A stretch of 64,000 bases of DNA from positions 406,844,001 through 406,908,000 of the forward strand of contig OZ024741.1 in NCBI GenBank assembly GCA_964016885.1, read 5' to 3'. The first letter of the stretch is position 1. Each line of letters starts with the position of its first letter. A program made the position numbers and the translations under genes. The DNA is from Eledone cirrhosa (Eukaryota). The notes below the pieces were generated by a model that searched no databases, was not told the origin of the DNA, and was given only the letters and a program-made list of their open reading frames with translations. Positions 17,746 to 31,288 of the stretch are shown in pieces.

Positions 17746-20156
17746 TGCAAGTCACAGGGACCTCCTCGACTCTAATCGAGGAAGGCATTAACACCATATG
17801 GACTAACATCTGTGTCCAACGAAAACTGCCAAAGAAGGTAAAAAACAACATAATGACTCGAAACAGCAAATTACCCACCTTCTACCACCTGGTTAAAACA
17901 CATAAACAAGGACCCGATTTGAAAATCAGGCCCATTGTCTCTAGCGTGGAGGGCCCACTCTACAAAATATCGTGGCTGCTCTCCACACTACTGAAATCCG
18001 TTCTACACACACTACCAGCCCACGTCTGCAGCTGAAAGGAGGTCTTAGAGCGACTACACCATCTGGCGCCCAACACCAGAAAGGACATCGGTTATGCCTT
18101 CAGTCTTGATGTGGTCGCCCTTTATACCTCCGTACCAGCATCCCCAGCTGTCGACCTGTTGACCGAACGAGTCCGAGCATCTGACTTACACTGCTTCGGA
18201 CTCACACACACGGACATCCACCAACTCCTCTCCTTCGTTGTGGATAATGCACTCTTCAATTTCCTCGGCCTCACGTACAAACAAATCTCTGGGCTACCTA
18301 TGGGCTCTAGTCTGTCCGGCATACTTGCGATTTCGTACATGGACCACCTGGAACGCAAGGCACTCAATACCTGCCAACCCAACGCCGTCGCCTTCTACTC
18401 CAGATACGTTGATGACATCCTGATACTTACTTCTCCCGGGAGATGGCGAATGAAATTCACCAAATCTTCAACGATACTGACCATCACGTCGATTTCACCA
18501 TCGAACACCCAGGAGAAGACGGGTCACTCGCCCTCCTCGACTTCCGTATCAACATCTCGGAAGAAGGAGACATAAACACCACCTTCTACCGCAAAGCAGC
18601 GTGCAAGGACTTATTTGTGCATTACAACTCAGCCCTCCCCAACAACGCTAAGAGAGGCTATGTCCTAAATGAACTGACACGGATCACTAACAGATGCAGC
18701 GACCCGATGGGTGGTCTCACCCATATCACGCAATTCCGTAATCTACTCAAGTCTAATGGATATCCCAAGCGACTGATTAACGGAATTAGAGACCCCAGAC
18801 CCAATAGACAGACACCCACTAGAAACTTAAATAAAAGCAGGTGCTTCTTTAAAATCCCCCACCTGAGTGAATATACCACGAACGCCATCCGCAGGGCCAT
18901 ACGGATGGAGGGACTTGACATACATTTGGCCCACACAGGACCTTCGCTGCGAAGATGCCTCTCCAACAAACCGACGAGTCAGATGGGACGTGTTCCCTCA
19001 GCAACTGCCCGATACGGGGGGCAGATTGCCTACGCACCTATGTCGTATATAAGATTCAATGCGATAAATGTAACAAGTTTTACATAGGTAGCACCATCCG
19101 ACCCCTACATGTTCGTATCAAGGAACATATCAACACCAACGCATCTTCGTTCCGTAAACACATCCTTAAATGCGGAAACCCACAGGGTAGACCCTTGGTC
19201 ACAGTCTTAGCGACTGAACGCAACATCGGATCCTTAAGGATAAAGGAAGCACTTGTTATTAAGAACCTCAGACCCCCACTTAACAACCGGGCTGAGAGAA
19301 ATGAGCTGACATGGCTAACTTAACCATAGTGACCATTCACAGCCTACGGCCTGCTATCTTCACACACACGCACGTATATGCATACCCATACGCATACACA
19401 CACACATCTATATTTATACACGCACACATGTTTTTACAACCTACCACCTTTCACACCCTTTGATTTCCAGCTTCTACAGCCCACTATCTTTCACACACAA
19501 ACGCACTCACACATATACACACACAGTTACACACACATGTATACCCATACGCTTACACACACACATCTATATTTATACACGCACACATGTTTTACAACCT
19601 ACCACCTTTCACACCCTTTGATTTCCAGCTTCTACAGCCCACTATCTTTCACACACACACACACACTCACACATATACACACTTACACTTATACACACAC
19701 AGTTACACACACATATATATTTATACACACATATCTTACGGCTTTCACACGCTAGCGCACCCTCTTGATTTAACCCATTTGGTCAGTAGCTTTTGCCACA
19801 GCCTATCACGCGCACGCGCATTCTTTCCTTCGTTTAAATTTTAAATAATTTTCTCCCCATAACGGCATTCCTGTCTTAACGACATCACAACTTTCTCCGC
19901 TTGGCCTGTTTCCCCTCCTTTTGGAATTTTCCCCCGTTGATGGGCGTGAGCCCGAAATATTGGGATTAAATCTCCACTACGGTAACCCTTCTACCTTTGT
20001 TTTGTTTTCATCTTTGTCTCTCTCAATTTTTACTTTCACCTGTTTTTCCTATCTATCTTTCACTTCCTACCTCGAGATTTCCCTCTGCATTGTTGTGGCT
20101 TTCTTAACTACGTATTTTACACATTTCACAATGCTTCAAGCAAACTTTAACACCCT

Positions 20157-20159
<3 letters not shown>
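17746..20159 (+). mobile_element. Penelope-like element (Penelope/Poseidon-type RT + GIY-YIG), 5'-truncated and frameshifted
   Basis: KTHK..IRPIVS, DVVALY, GLPMGS, RYVDD and VVYKIQC..FYIGST motifs. CA-rich 3' UTR with a ~167-bp tandem duplication. Degenerate HHR at 19929-19965. Confidence 0.9.
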
Positions 20160-20220
<61 letters not shown>

Positions 20221-20224
<4 letters not shown>

Positions 20225-23200
20225 AAAGTTCTATTTAAATTGTTGGGATACAACAAGCAAATATTTTTATAACTGATATAAAGCACTCGACAAGTATTTG
20301 GAGTAGATATACGATATTAACAAATGGAAACTATATTTATAAAACCATATTTATTTCATTATACATATTTCAAGGATACCAAGTTAAATTATGGTATGCC
20401 TTCATCAGACAAAATACAATATATACCAGTTTTATAAATAAACATTGACGTACCCTTTCAAAATGCAACCGTTAATTTTGGAAGACATCAGGATAGTGGT
20501 TTGTTTATTTTAGTAAGTCGTTGTGTTAAGGAGAAGTAAAAAGACGAGAGAGAAACGTGGAGAAAAGAAAGGGAGAGATAAATAAAGAAAAAGAAGAAAG
20601 AAAAAAGAAAAAAAGAAAACAGAGGAAAACAACAGAGAGATATCAAACCACCAGACAGAGAGATAAAAACTCAAGAGAGAGAAATATAGAGATAGAGAGA
20701 GGGGGAGAGAACGAAAACCTTAAGTCATGTCATATTAAGTTGAGTTAACAATTGAGATGAAATGAATAAATAAAATTAGAAATATTAATATTCATGAATG
20801 GAATATACATATATAATATGAGAAATTAATCATTGTTTAATTATGATTAGATATTTAGTTTAAAAATTGAGATCAATATATTAAAAATTGGAATTTAAAC
20901 ATTACGAAATATATATATTGCTAGAGAAATTACCTATCATATAGCACGTACATATAGACAAAGATCCATAAATATATATATACACACACACTCAGAAAAT
21001 ACACATTATATCTACTCCCGCATATAATATATACATACAAAGCATAAGTGATTTTTTCTATTACTGCTATACATTCCTTGTGTTATTAAATAAAAAAATT
21101 TAGTATATATATATAAATATATAGGATTAACTTTCATGCATTTATGGCTGTTAAATTATGCATATCTGCAATCAAAACTGCATGGGTAAGCATGTACATG
21201 TACACACACAATTCTTAGATATACATATATAAATATGTGTGTGCATCTTCACCCAATTGGTAGACACGCGTCACTCATGCATATATACAGACAGATATAT
21301 ACTCATAAAAAAGCATATAACACATGTATATGTATGTTAATACACATATATAGATACATAGTCGTATAGAGATAAGTATACATCAATATATTACATAGTA
21401 CAATTGAGTATATAAAATACAAAAGGATTATATTTTGGAAATATAATTATATCAATATAACTTAAAAGACAAACGAATTCTACAAATATCAAAATATCAA
21501 AATATTTAAAAATATTATAGAATATTTTAAGTTAAAATAATGTTTAATAGATTTAGTATAGAAATTTATCTTACGTATATTTTAATCAAGATATTGAAAG
21601 GATAAACTTTTGAAAATTATGAGAAGCTATCAGAGTAAAAACAAACCTAATAAAAAATAAAAAATAAATAAAATATTATATCAATATAACTTAAAAAACA
21701 AGAATTCTACAGATATCAAAATATTTAAATATTTAAAAATATTATAGAATATTTTAAGTTAAAATAATATGTTTAATATATTTAGTATAGAAATTTATCT
21801 TACGTATATTTTATTCAAGATATTGAAAGGATAAACTTTTCTAGAATAGTTTATTATATTTATATTTATATTTAGGAAGAAAATTTATTTATACTTGAGT
21901 AGTTAACCAAAGAAAATGAAAAAGGTGAAGGAATCTAATGATTTATCGACAGGTTTCATATATTAACCAAATTACTTAATTAATTATACTACATTTTAAA
22001 TTTATATTTATATTTAAACGTTGAGTTCAATCTATGTCTGCAGCAACTGAATAAATTATTCCTTAAATTAAGGGAATTTTTGGTCTTTAATATAAAGAAT
22101 ATTTCCTCTATACAAAGATCGCAATTTTCTGAAGAGGAATTAAAAGGAGCAGCTTTTGAAATAATATTCCAAATCAGCGAATATTCAACATTATCTCGTT
22201 TTAGGTCCCATAATAGGCTAGATAGCGAAGTTGAAGATTTTTTGTTTGGATCTGTAAAAGAATTTTTATGATTATTGAAGCGGGATTTAAACTCTGTAGA
22301 GGTAGAACCGACATAATTAAATGAATTTAAATTAGTTTTAACATTACAATTATAACTACATTTTTAGCTAAGCAGTTGTTATTTAACGGACAGTTGGATT
22401 TATTTCTACAGTTACAATTATTCGATTGAATATTGCTTGGGTTATTATTGGTATTTTGGTTAGGTTTTAAATTTCTATTATTAATTCTATTAATATTTTG
22501 CGCTAAAAATTTGGTGGAAGAGTAAGTTAATTTTATAGTATGTCTATTAAAAATTGAGTAATATCTATGTGTTCTAGGGAAGCGTTTGTCAAGAGCTTTA
22601 AAGAATAGTTTAGCAATAGCGGTTTTAATATTTAGTGAGAAAGGAGGAGCGAACCATAATATATTCCTAGTTCTATTTCTTTTTCGGCTTTCAGAATTAT
22701 TGTAATGTTTTCTATTATAGTTGTTAAAATTGTTACCATAATTAAAGTTGTTATTATTTTGGTTAGTTTGTATATTATTATTATTATCGATGTATTTAAT
22801 TTTATTTCTATACCCAGCTCTACCTAACGCTTCGTTGTAATAATGCGCTTTTTCATCAAATATATTCTTATTAGATGAAATTCTTGAAATTCGTTCTTGA
22901 ACAGAGTTCACTATAGTATTTTTAACGGATCTGGGGTGATTAGAGTTAAAATTGACATAATTTAAGTTCTCATTTAGTTTGTGAAATGGATAATGAAGAC
23001 ATGTGTTGAGATTTAGTGTTACATCTAGAAAATTGACTATTTTATGGTTATTCTCTATTTCTACTTTTAGATTAAGGTAATTAAAAAATTGTATAATTTG
23101 TTTTCTTTTTCTATTTAGTTCACAGCTATTATTTTCTATAAGTAAAAGCATGTCGTCACGATATAAGCCTCCGGTTACACCTGGTATTTTTCTATGTAGA

Positions 23201-24250
23201 GAATTAATTATAAATAGGCCCACAAGGTCCGTTACCTGAGCTGAGTCTGAAGATCCCATAGTTATGTCGAAATTATTATTTCTATCTGCCCTAGTCCAGA
23301 GTTGGTTATTAAATTCTATTAATGTTTTCCGTGCCGATAATATAATGTGCATTTCATTGCTAGTTAGGTCTGTATGTTTAAATGCGTAAGTTAGTGCCTT
23401 ATTCAGTAGATTAGGAGTGATAGATGAGTAGTAGTTAGCAATATCCAACTGAATAAACTTATTATTATAGTTATATTTAATTTCTTTAAACCAATCGATA
23501 ACCTCACTAGTCCCTTTCCATAATTTTAAGTAAGATAAATTAAGTAAATTCTTAATTTGTTGTATTATTCTGTCTAGAATATTTTTGCTAAGTCTGCCCA
23601 GGTCAGATTTAGATGGTGCAATTAATCTGACTGGTAAATCATTTTCAAAGTTTCTTTTATGATCCTTCACATTAATCTTAGGTTTCCTTGGCATGAAGGG
23701 TTGTGTTTTATTTTCAATGTCTAGTTCATGCATTATACAAGAGGCATCTTTATTCAGTTTTTCAAGTTCGTCCTTATTTGCTACTTTGTATTTCTTCCTT
23801 AGTTCCTTCAATATAAGGTCGTTATAAATGTCCTTTTGTATTCCGTAAAGATTATTAGTTTTGTCCGACTTGACTAGAATTTTCTCCGTTTTCTCCAAGT
23901 TTTCAATATTATCCTTAATATCTCTTAAGTAATCTTGGCCTTTGAAGTTGTTTTTGAATTTGATGCTTTGGATGATAGATATGATATCATTTTCAATGTT
24001 GAGCGCTTTACATTATAATTGGAAAATGGAATTCTTTAAGATCTCTTCTTCTCTAAAATACATACTTCTACCTAGGAATAAAGATTTTATTAAACAATTA
24101 ATAGAAAAATCAGACTCTTTTATAAGAAGAATCAGGTGGCGTGCTTTCCACTTCGATAAATCTAATCTAAATGAAAATGTTTCAAATCTGGATAAAATCT
24201 TCAAATCTAAAAAAAATCCACCCCCAACAAACTACTAATGGATTTTGACT
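20221..24250 (-). mobile_element. Penelope-like element with ~1.8-kb 3' UTR and inverted N-terminal segment
   Basis: ORF 22327-23898 has KDHK, QLDI..YY, MGS.DSA.V.DLVG, YRDD and CNCR..CPL..CL; the GIY-YIG part continues frameshifted to ~22020. The N-terminus lies on the + strand at 24010-24250. Confidence 0.92.
20353..20415 (-). ncRNA. Hammerhead ribozyme; related copies at 46290-46352(-), 56580-56642(-) and 58309-58371(+)
   Basis: attttgt-CTGATGA-aggcatacca..tggtatcctt-GAAA-tatgta-TA-atgaaat. Confidence 0.75.
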
Positions 24251-25145
24251 AGCCAACTGCCCCATCAACGACACAGACCTATGCCACCAGGCTTACGTCG
24301 TATACAGACTAGAGTGTGACAAATGCAACAACTTCTACGTAGGTAACACCACCAGACCACTCCACATAAGAATAAAAGAACACCTCAATACTAACGCTTC
24401 CTCATTTAAGAAACACCTAGTTAAATGCAAAAACACCGACAAAACCATAACAGTTAGGATAGAAACTAAGGAAAGAAACCTCGGCAATCTTAGAATTAAG
24501 GAAGCACTAATTATAGATAAAACACAAACACCAATCAATAATAGACTAGAACTCAACACACAATTTATAACCTGATAGGGCTTCTAGCCCCATATTTACA
24601 CACCCCACACACACACACGCTTACACCTCCACTTATTCTCTCTCACACATACACACACAAAACCAGTTCTAACACCAGATAACACCTATCCCCCACATTT
24701 ACGAATAGACTTATCTTCTCACACTCACACACACACACTCACATACTTACACCTTCATGCATTCTCCCACACATTTAAACAGGCATGTATATAAAAAAAA
24801 AATCCTGAACAAACCCCTTTTAAAGGGAGACTACTCTTTATCCACCTAATTTTAACTCTTTGACATTAGAGGTAGAACAGATACTCTATACTATTTCCTG
24901 TCAGCATGGCTTGGCAAGATATTTAGAACGCTGGTTTGAGACATTTATTTCCCTCTGAAGAAGAGATATTATCTCGAAAATTAAGGACATTTAAATAAAT
25001 CTAAGGTAAAAGACGAATTGTCAACAATATCTTTTGCAATTGCATTCTTTATTCTATGTCCATACCTGCATTGTTTTGGCTTTATTATACATATTCAAAC
25101 GTTTATGCCTCATTACACAATGCTTCAAGTGAACTATAACCTCCT

Positions 25146-25148
<3 letters not shown>
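24250..25148 (+). mobile_element. PLE 3' fragment (GIY-YIG domain + 3' UTR), related to 17746-20159
   Basis: Reads VVYRLECDKC..FYVGNTTRPLHIRIKEH. The 3' end cacaatgcttcaag..aact.taac resembles 20125-20155. HHR-like CTGAAGA-agagatattatctc-GAAA at 24955-24979. Confidence 0.88.
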
Positions 25149-25187
<39 letters not shown>

Positions 25188-25290
25188 CACACATACATAC
25201 ATATACATACATACACACACATATATAAATATATACACACACACATATATATATACATATATACATATATACACGCATGCATATATACAC

Positions 25291-25321
<31 letters not shown>

Positions 25322-25382
25322 CATATACACATACATATATATATATATACACACATACACACATACATACATATACATCCAT

Positions 25383-25425
<43 letters not shown>

Positions 25426-25470
25426 TATATATATACATATATACATATATACACGCATGCATATATACAC

Positions 25471-25503
<33 letters not shown>

Positions 25504-25562
25504 CATATACACATACATATATATATATACACACATACACACATACATACATATACATCCAT

Positions 25563-25611
<49 letters not shown>

Positions 25612-25646
25612 TATATATATACATATATACATATATACACGCATGC

Positions 25647-25690
<44 letters not shown>

Positions 25691-25693
<3 letters not shown>

Positions 25694-26928
25694 TATGGAA
25701 TTTTTTTCTCTCTCTCTCTTTCGTCTGCGACTTCACAAAACTTGTTTACCGAATTCGTAGACCAGACCCCTTCTTCTTCTTCTTCTTCTTCTTCTTCTTC
25801 TTCTTCTTCTTCCCCCCCCCCCCCGTTAGACCTGTGCGAAATTCCTTCCTTGCTCACATTTCAACCAGGTTTGATGGTCTTTTGTCTCTTGTTCACGATT
25901 TCACCGAGTTTATAGTCATAGAGATCTGGGACTTGTCTATTTCTTCTCACTTTCCGTTGCTTAAACCATTTTGTTTGTTACCCTAACGTCCCCTTTATTT
26001 ACGTGTCCCAACGACTTTATTTTAGCCGTTGTTCGCACCAACCTGAGGCATATGGCCCTTAAAGCGATGAAATGCCTGGGACGGTTGGAGGGTCACTGAT
26101 GAAGGACTTACTTTTTCATATGCACCACCATTTGCAACGCGCAGCCATCATTATTATCATATTTACACATAATTTTTCTTCTGCTGCCACCCGTCTGTTT
26201 CGTTCTTTGTACCTTTTACCCTTTCTCGTTCTTTGTACCTTTTACCCTTTCTCGTTCTTTGTACCTTTTACCCTTTCTAGCAGTCTCTCTCTCTGTTAGC
26301 CTCCTCCTCAACTTTCACTCACTCATTCTCTGTCACTACCTCTCCTCCTCCTCTTTCCTCCTCCTCCTTCAAGTTTGACCTGTGTGTAATTCTTTTCTCG
26401 TGCGGTCTTGATCAAGCTGGTATGGAATTTTTTTCTCTCTCTCTCTTTCGTCTGCGACTTCACAAAACTTATGTTTTCCCGAATTCGTAGACCAGACCCC
26501 TTCTTCTTCTTCTTCTTCTTCTTCTTCTTCTTCTTCTTCTTCTTCTTCTTCTTCTTCTTTTTCTTCTTCTTCTTCTTCCCCCCCCCCCCCCCGTTAGACC
26601 TGTGCGAAATTCCTTCCTTGCTCACATTTCAACCAGGTTTGATGGTCTTTGGTCTCTTGTTCACGATTTCACCGAGTTTATATTCATAGAGATCTGGGAC
26701 TTGTCTATTTCTTCTCACTTTCCGTTGCTTAAACCATTTTGTTTGTTACCCTAACGTCCCCTTTATTTACGTGTCCCAACGATTTTATTTTAGCCGTTGT
26801 TCGCACCAACCTGAGGCATATGGCCCTTAAAGCGATGAAATGCCTGGGACGGTTGGAGGGTCACTGATGAAGGACTTACTTTTTCATATGCACCACCATT
26901 TGCAACGCGCAGCCATCATTATTATCAT
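25691..26928 (+). repeat. Partial tandem (~727-bp unit) of an ORF-less dispersed element; other copies at 45086-45485 and 36398-36510
   Basis: 25691-26160 is repeated at 26418-26928; contains (TTC)n and a C run; flanked by TA tracts. Confidence 0.8.
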
Positions 26929-26962
26929 ATATATATATACATATACACACATATATATATAT

Positions 26963-27462
26963 ATTAATAAAAGGAATTCCAACTTTGTCTGATTTACTCG
27001 TTTTATTTACAATCCTTTAAAATTTATAATGGTATTAGAATGAAATAGTATGGTAGAATATTAAATGTTAAGTGTTAATTGAACAAGTACTTTCATGCTT
27101 TCGCAATCTTCAGGTTCATAATGTGTGGTGACAGTCAAGTTTGCAAATTTCAACACATATATATATATAGAGATAGATAAATATACACGGGTGTGTATGA
27201 TTGTGTATAGAAGATTATATTAATAAAAGGAACACAGTTGAAAATTGCAAACTTGACTGTCACCACACATTATGAACCTGAATATTTGCGAAAGCATGAA
27301 ATTACTTGTTCAATTAACACTTAACATTTAATATTCTACCATACTATTTCATTCTAATACCATTATAAATTTTAAAGGATTGTAAATAAAACGAGTAAAT
27401 CAGACAAAGTTGGAATTCCTTTTATTAATATAATCTTCTATACACAATCATACACACAAGTG

Positions 27463-27485
<23 letters not shown>
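26963..27485. mobile_element. Inverted pair of pLTR-like arms, each with an HHR motif
   Basis: 26963-27152 is the reverse complement of 27236-27430. HHR(-) at 27080-27118: tgaac-CTGAAGA-ttgcgaaagcat-GAAA-gtac-TT-gttca. A mutated + copy lies at 27273-27312. Confidence 0.82.
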
Positions 27486-27525
<40 letters not shown>

Positions 27526-27756
27526 CGAAGGAAATGTGGTAAGGAACCAGGTGGACCATAACGCACCAAAGTACTCAATACTTAGGGTAGTAGAGTGGGT
27601 AATAGGAACGAGTAGGACTCCGACGGCTGAGCTCAAGCCGTTTCGACGGCTAATTCTGGACTAAATTTAGTCCAGAATTAGCTGTATATATATATACACA
27701 GACATACACACACACATACATACATACATACATACATACATACATACATACATACA

Positions 27757-27793
<37 letters not shown>

Positions 27794-27828
27794 ATATATA
27801 ATATATATATACATATATATATATATAT

Positions 27829-30692
27829 TGTCATACTTTGGGAGGGTCATGTTGCCAATAAGAAACACACGCACCAGTTGCTTTCACTTCAATTTATTAT
27901 AAATTAAATTTATAAATTTAGGAATTTATAAATTTCCGGTTGGTTGGTTGGTTCCACAACCAGACGATTGTTCATATATTGTCAAAGTTCTTTCGTCACA
28001 CATTCTGTGACCTCTTCAGTGACTGAGGATTATTTTCTTTGTTTTTGTACCTCTCCTTTGTTCTGTCCTACGCCATCTTGTTTGTGTGTGTGTTGTGTGC
28101 TTTGTTTGCGAATGTGTTACATCCGGGTGTCTGTGTGTGTTTATATTTGTTTATTTATTTGTTTATTTACATGTTACTGGTTGGTTGTTTGTTCTATGTG
28201 TGTGTGTGTTTTCATTTTGTCCTTAATTGTAAGTTGTGATGTTGCTATTCCATTCATGCTTTCTATTTAATTTTGGTTGGAGTTTATTTATGTTTATTGC
28301 CTTTGTGATTTGTCTAAACATTGCGTCTTTTCTGTGTGTAGATTCTATTTTTATTCCTATGTCCTCTAATTTACCCTTATGTTCTATTTTAGCATGTTGG
28401 TGGAGTACAGATGATTCTCCTATACTACGAGCTGTCTCACCTATGTACACTATATTCTTATCTCTACATTGTCCTTCAGTACATCTTATGCTATATGCTA
28501 CATTTCTAGTTTTACAGTTAATATGGGAGCTTAATTTACAGATTATACATTTCTTTTCTATACAGAGAGGTCTTTGAAAAGGGTATGTATTGCTAATAAG
28601 TGTTTTTATGGAGGTACCTGGTCTTTCTACTATCTTAATGTTGAGTTTATGTTTATCTAGGGCCCTTCTGAATTTGTAAGCTAATTCACCTCTAGGGGTT
28701 GTATTGATGAACATTACACTCTGGTATTTATTGCTATCATACCATGAGTTTATTCTATTAACCTTATTCCTAGTTCTTTCTATTCTATTCCAAAATTTGC
28801 TCCTATACAAGGGGCAGGTCCCATTTGTATCATTATTTACCATTTTTTCCCATTTGGTTCTGGCTCCTCTATATACTCTGATCTTATCTCTCTGATTGTA
28901 ACCAGAGAACTGCATACGGTGGATGAAGTGTTGTATGTGTCTCTCTAGTTATTTGGAGTTGCACATGCGGGACACGTTTCTCATCACCCGTACCAAATCC
29001 GCAATCAGTATGTTGATTTTGGTGTGGTCCGAAACAGCTGAGTTTCGGTGGATCAGATATTTGGAAGTCATGGGTTTGGCATACTGGGAATGGAGGATCT
29101 GTTTTTTGTTATTAATGGTATCTAACCAGAGCTCTGTGTCTAGTACAGGTAATCGATGGTTGGGTGTTTGCTTGGGTAGTCTATAGTAATTCTAATACTC
29201 TGGTGGATGGAGTTAGCTATTTGCTGGATGCTTTCCATGGTGTTTTTCTCTAATTCCTGACTGTTCTCTAGTGGGGTGTTTTTACTACGATGTTTATATC
29301 ATCAACGTAGCGGGAGTACATTATCAGGGTTAAGAGGTTGCTGTCTTCTAATTGTTCTTTAAGTTTAAGTTTAAGTCTATTGTCCCACCATACCATGAAT
29401 AGGTTAGCTATATCACCTGCAATGCTAACACCAATGGCTGCTCCCTCCTCTTGGGCATATGTTTTTCCATTAAATTTAAACATATGTTCCTTAAGGGTTA
29501 ATTTTATACTGGCCCCCACCGCATGTGCAATCATTTTCTTTAGTTCATCGTGGTTTTCGGGGGTCCGTATGGCTCTGGTCCACCCGTTCCATCTATCTGT
29601 GTGAATTTTCTTGGCCATTGAGGTAATGGTAGGTGGTCTGCCTCTTGCTGGTCTTGTAGGGCACAGGTTGCTAAGGTCATATGTATCTAGATAATTATCA
29701 CTATAAGTAAGTTTAAGTAGGAGTCCCAGCTCACTGGTATCAATCCCACGGAATTCAACATTGCTCTCACTGATCATTTCTACGCATTTCTCCACAGCAA
29801 AATCCACGTCAATAGATGGATATAGGGACACAACATCCATACTGCCTATTATGCAGTTTGTTAGATCCCTAGATCGGTTACTTTCACTGATTCTGCTGAG
29901 GAGGTCCTCCGTGCTGTCACATATATCTGGGGACATATCAATGATGAGATGTATGATCAGGGAGACGAAGTAGGAAAGTCTGTAGTTACTAGCAATGTTA
30001 GCTCCACAGACTGGCCGTGTTGGTGGTCCTGTGACAGAGTCACTGCTCGTTTTATGGCCTTTTCGAATCCATACAACGCTGGCACGTTATTGTTCCAGGC
30101 CTGGAAGTTGTTGGCAGTCCTTTTGTTGGGCTGCATTATGTTTTTCCACATCATTATATGGGCATTGAGGGTTTTTTCTCTATCCTCATGCTCTTGTGAT
30201 GTTACTTCTCTTGTGTTAGTGATGTGGATTGCTTGGATGTAGTTTGACAGACTGTCAACCGACATTCTGACAGACTTGTCTGTTGGAAATCATGCAATAA
30301 CTCCATTACGCGAGCGCTGCATAAGCTTACGCAAGCCATTTGCAGATTTTTCTCCCAGTTGCTGGGCTTCAATTCTATTTTGCTTCTTACTATACTGTTC
30401 TATAATGTTTCTAAGTTTAGATCTAACTACTAAATTGTGCTTCTGTTTGTTCATCTACCTGCGACGGCAATTGCGTGCGTTTGTTAAAAGCTAAAGCCGT
30501 GGCGCGGACTCGTCGCAGGTCGAAAGACTTATCGGAAGGATTATAAAAAGTAGAGTTCCAGGCTGCTGCTTTATGTGTACTATTGCTATTGTTATTGTTA
30601 ATTAGGGTGGAGTTCCTTTTGAGGTCCCAAACATAGGAGGCGAGAGACAACACTCGCCTCCTATGTTAGGAACCTCAAAAGGAACTCCACCT
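27829..30692 (-). mobile_element. Penelope-like element of a further family, decayed; pLTR copy at 41360-41640
   Basis: RT motifs MDVVSLYPSID, GAAIG and RYVDD (29268-29936). C..C..C..C and VAYSIRC..YIGETARS (28223-28915). Confidence 0.88.
27981..28023 (-). ncRNA. Hammerhead ribozyme; copy at 41501-41543
   Basis: gtca-CTGAAGA-g[gtcaca gaatg tgtgac]-GAAA-gaac-TT-tgac. Confidence 0.8.
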
Positions 30693-31129
30693 CTTCACGC
30701 TTAAATAGAAAATACTCCAGAAAGCGCGCTCTTGCATCGGAGGACACAAGGGCTACGACCTTTGTATCTCAGAGAGCTACGAAATTTTATTCGCCAAGGG
30801 CCCGCTACTGAACAAACTCTCTGAACACTGCCCGAATTGCATGCACAAGAACTTTGCAACTTTCAAATACCTTAAGCCAGTGTTAATGCCCGATGGCTGA
30901 AAACGACTTCTCCCTTTTAGCCCCTGTACCTCCTTCCCACCCACCCCACCCCTCCTCAACCTGAAATACGGCCACTATGGTTATGTGAGTACCTCTTACC
31001 GATCTGCATTTTCTGCATGTAGAGCTGTTTTTATGTGCATGTGTATATGCGTATATTCACGAGTACTTATTTGTATATATATGTATATGTATGTGTGTGT
31101 ATATGTATGTATATGTGTGTATATATATT

Positions 31130-31218
<89 letters not shown>

Positions 31219-31221
31219 GTA

Positions 31222-31288
<67 letters not shown>

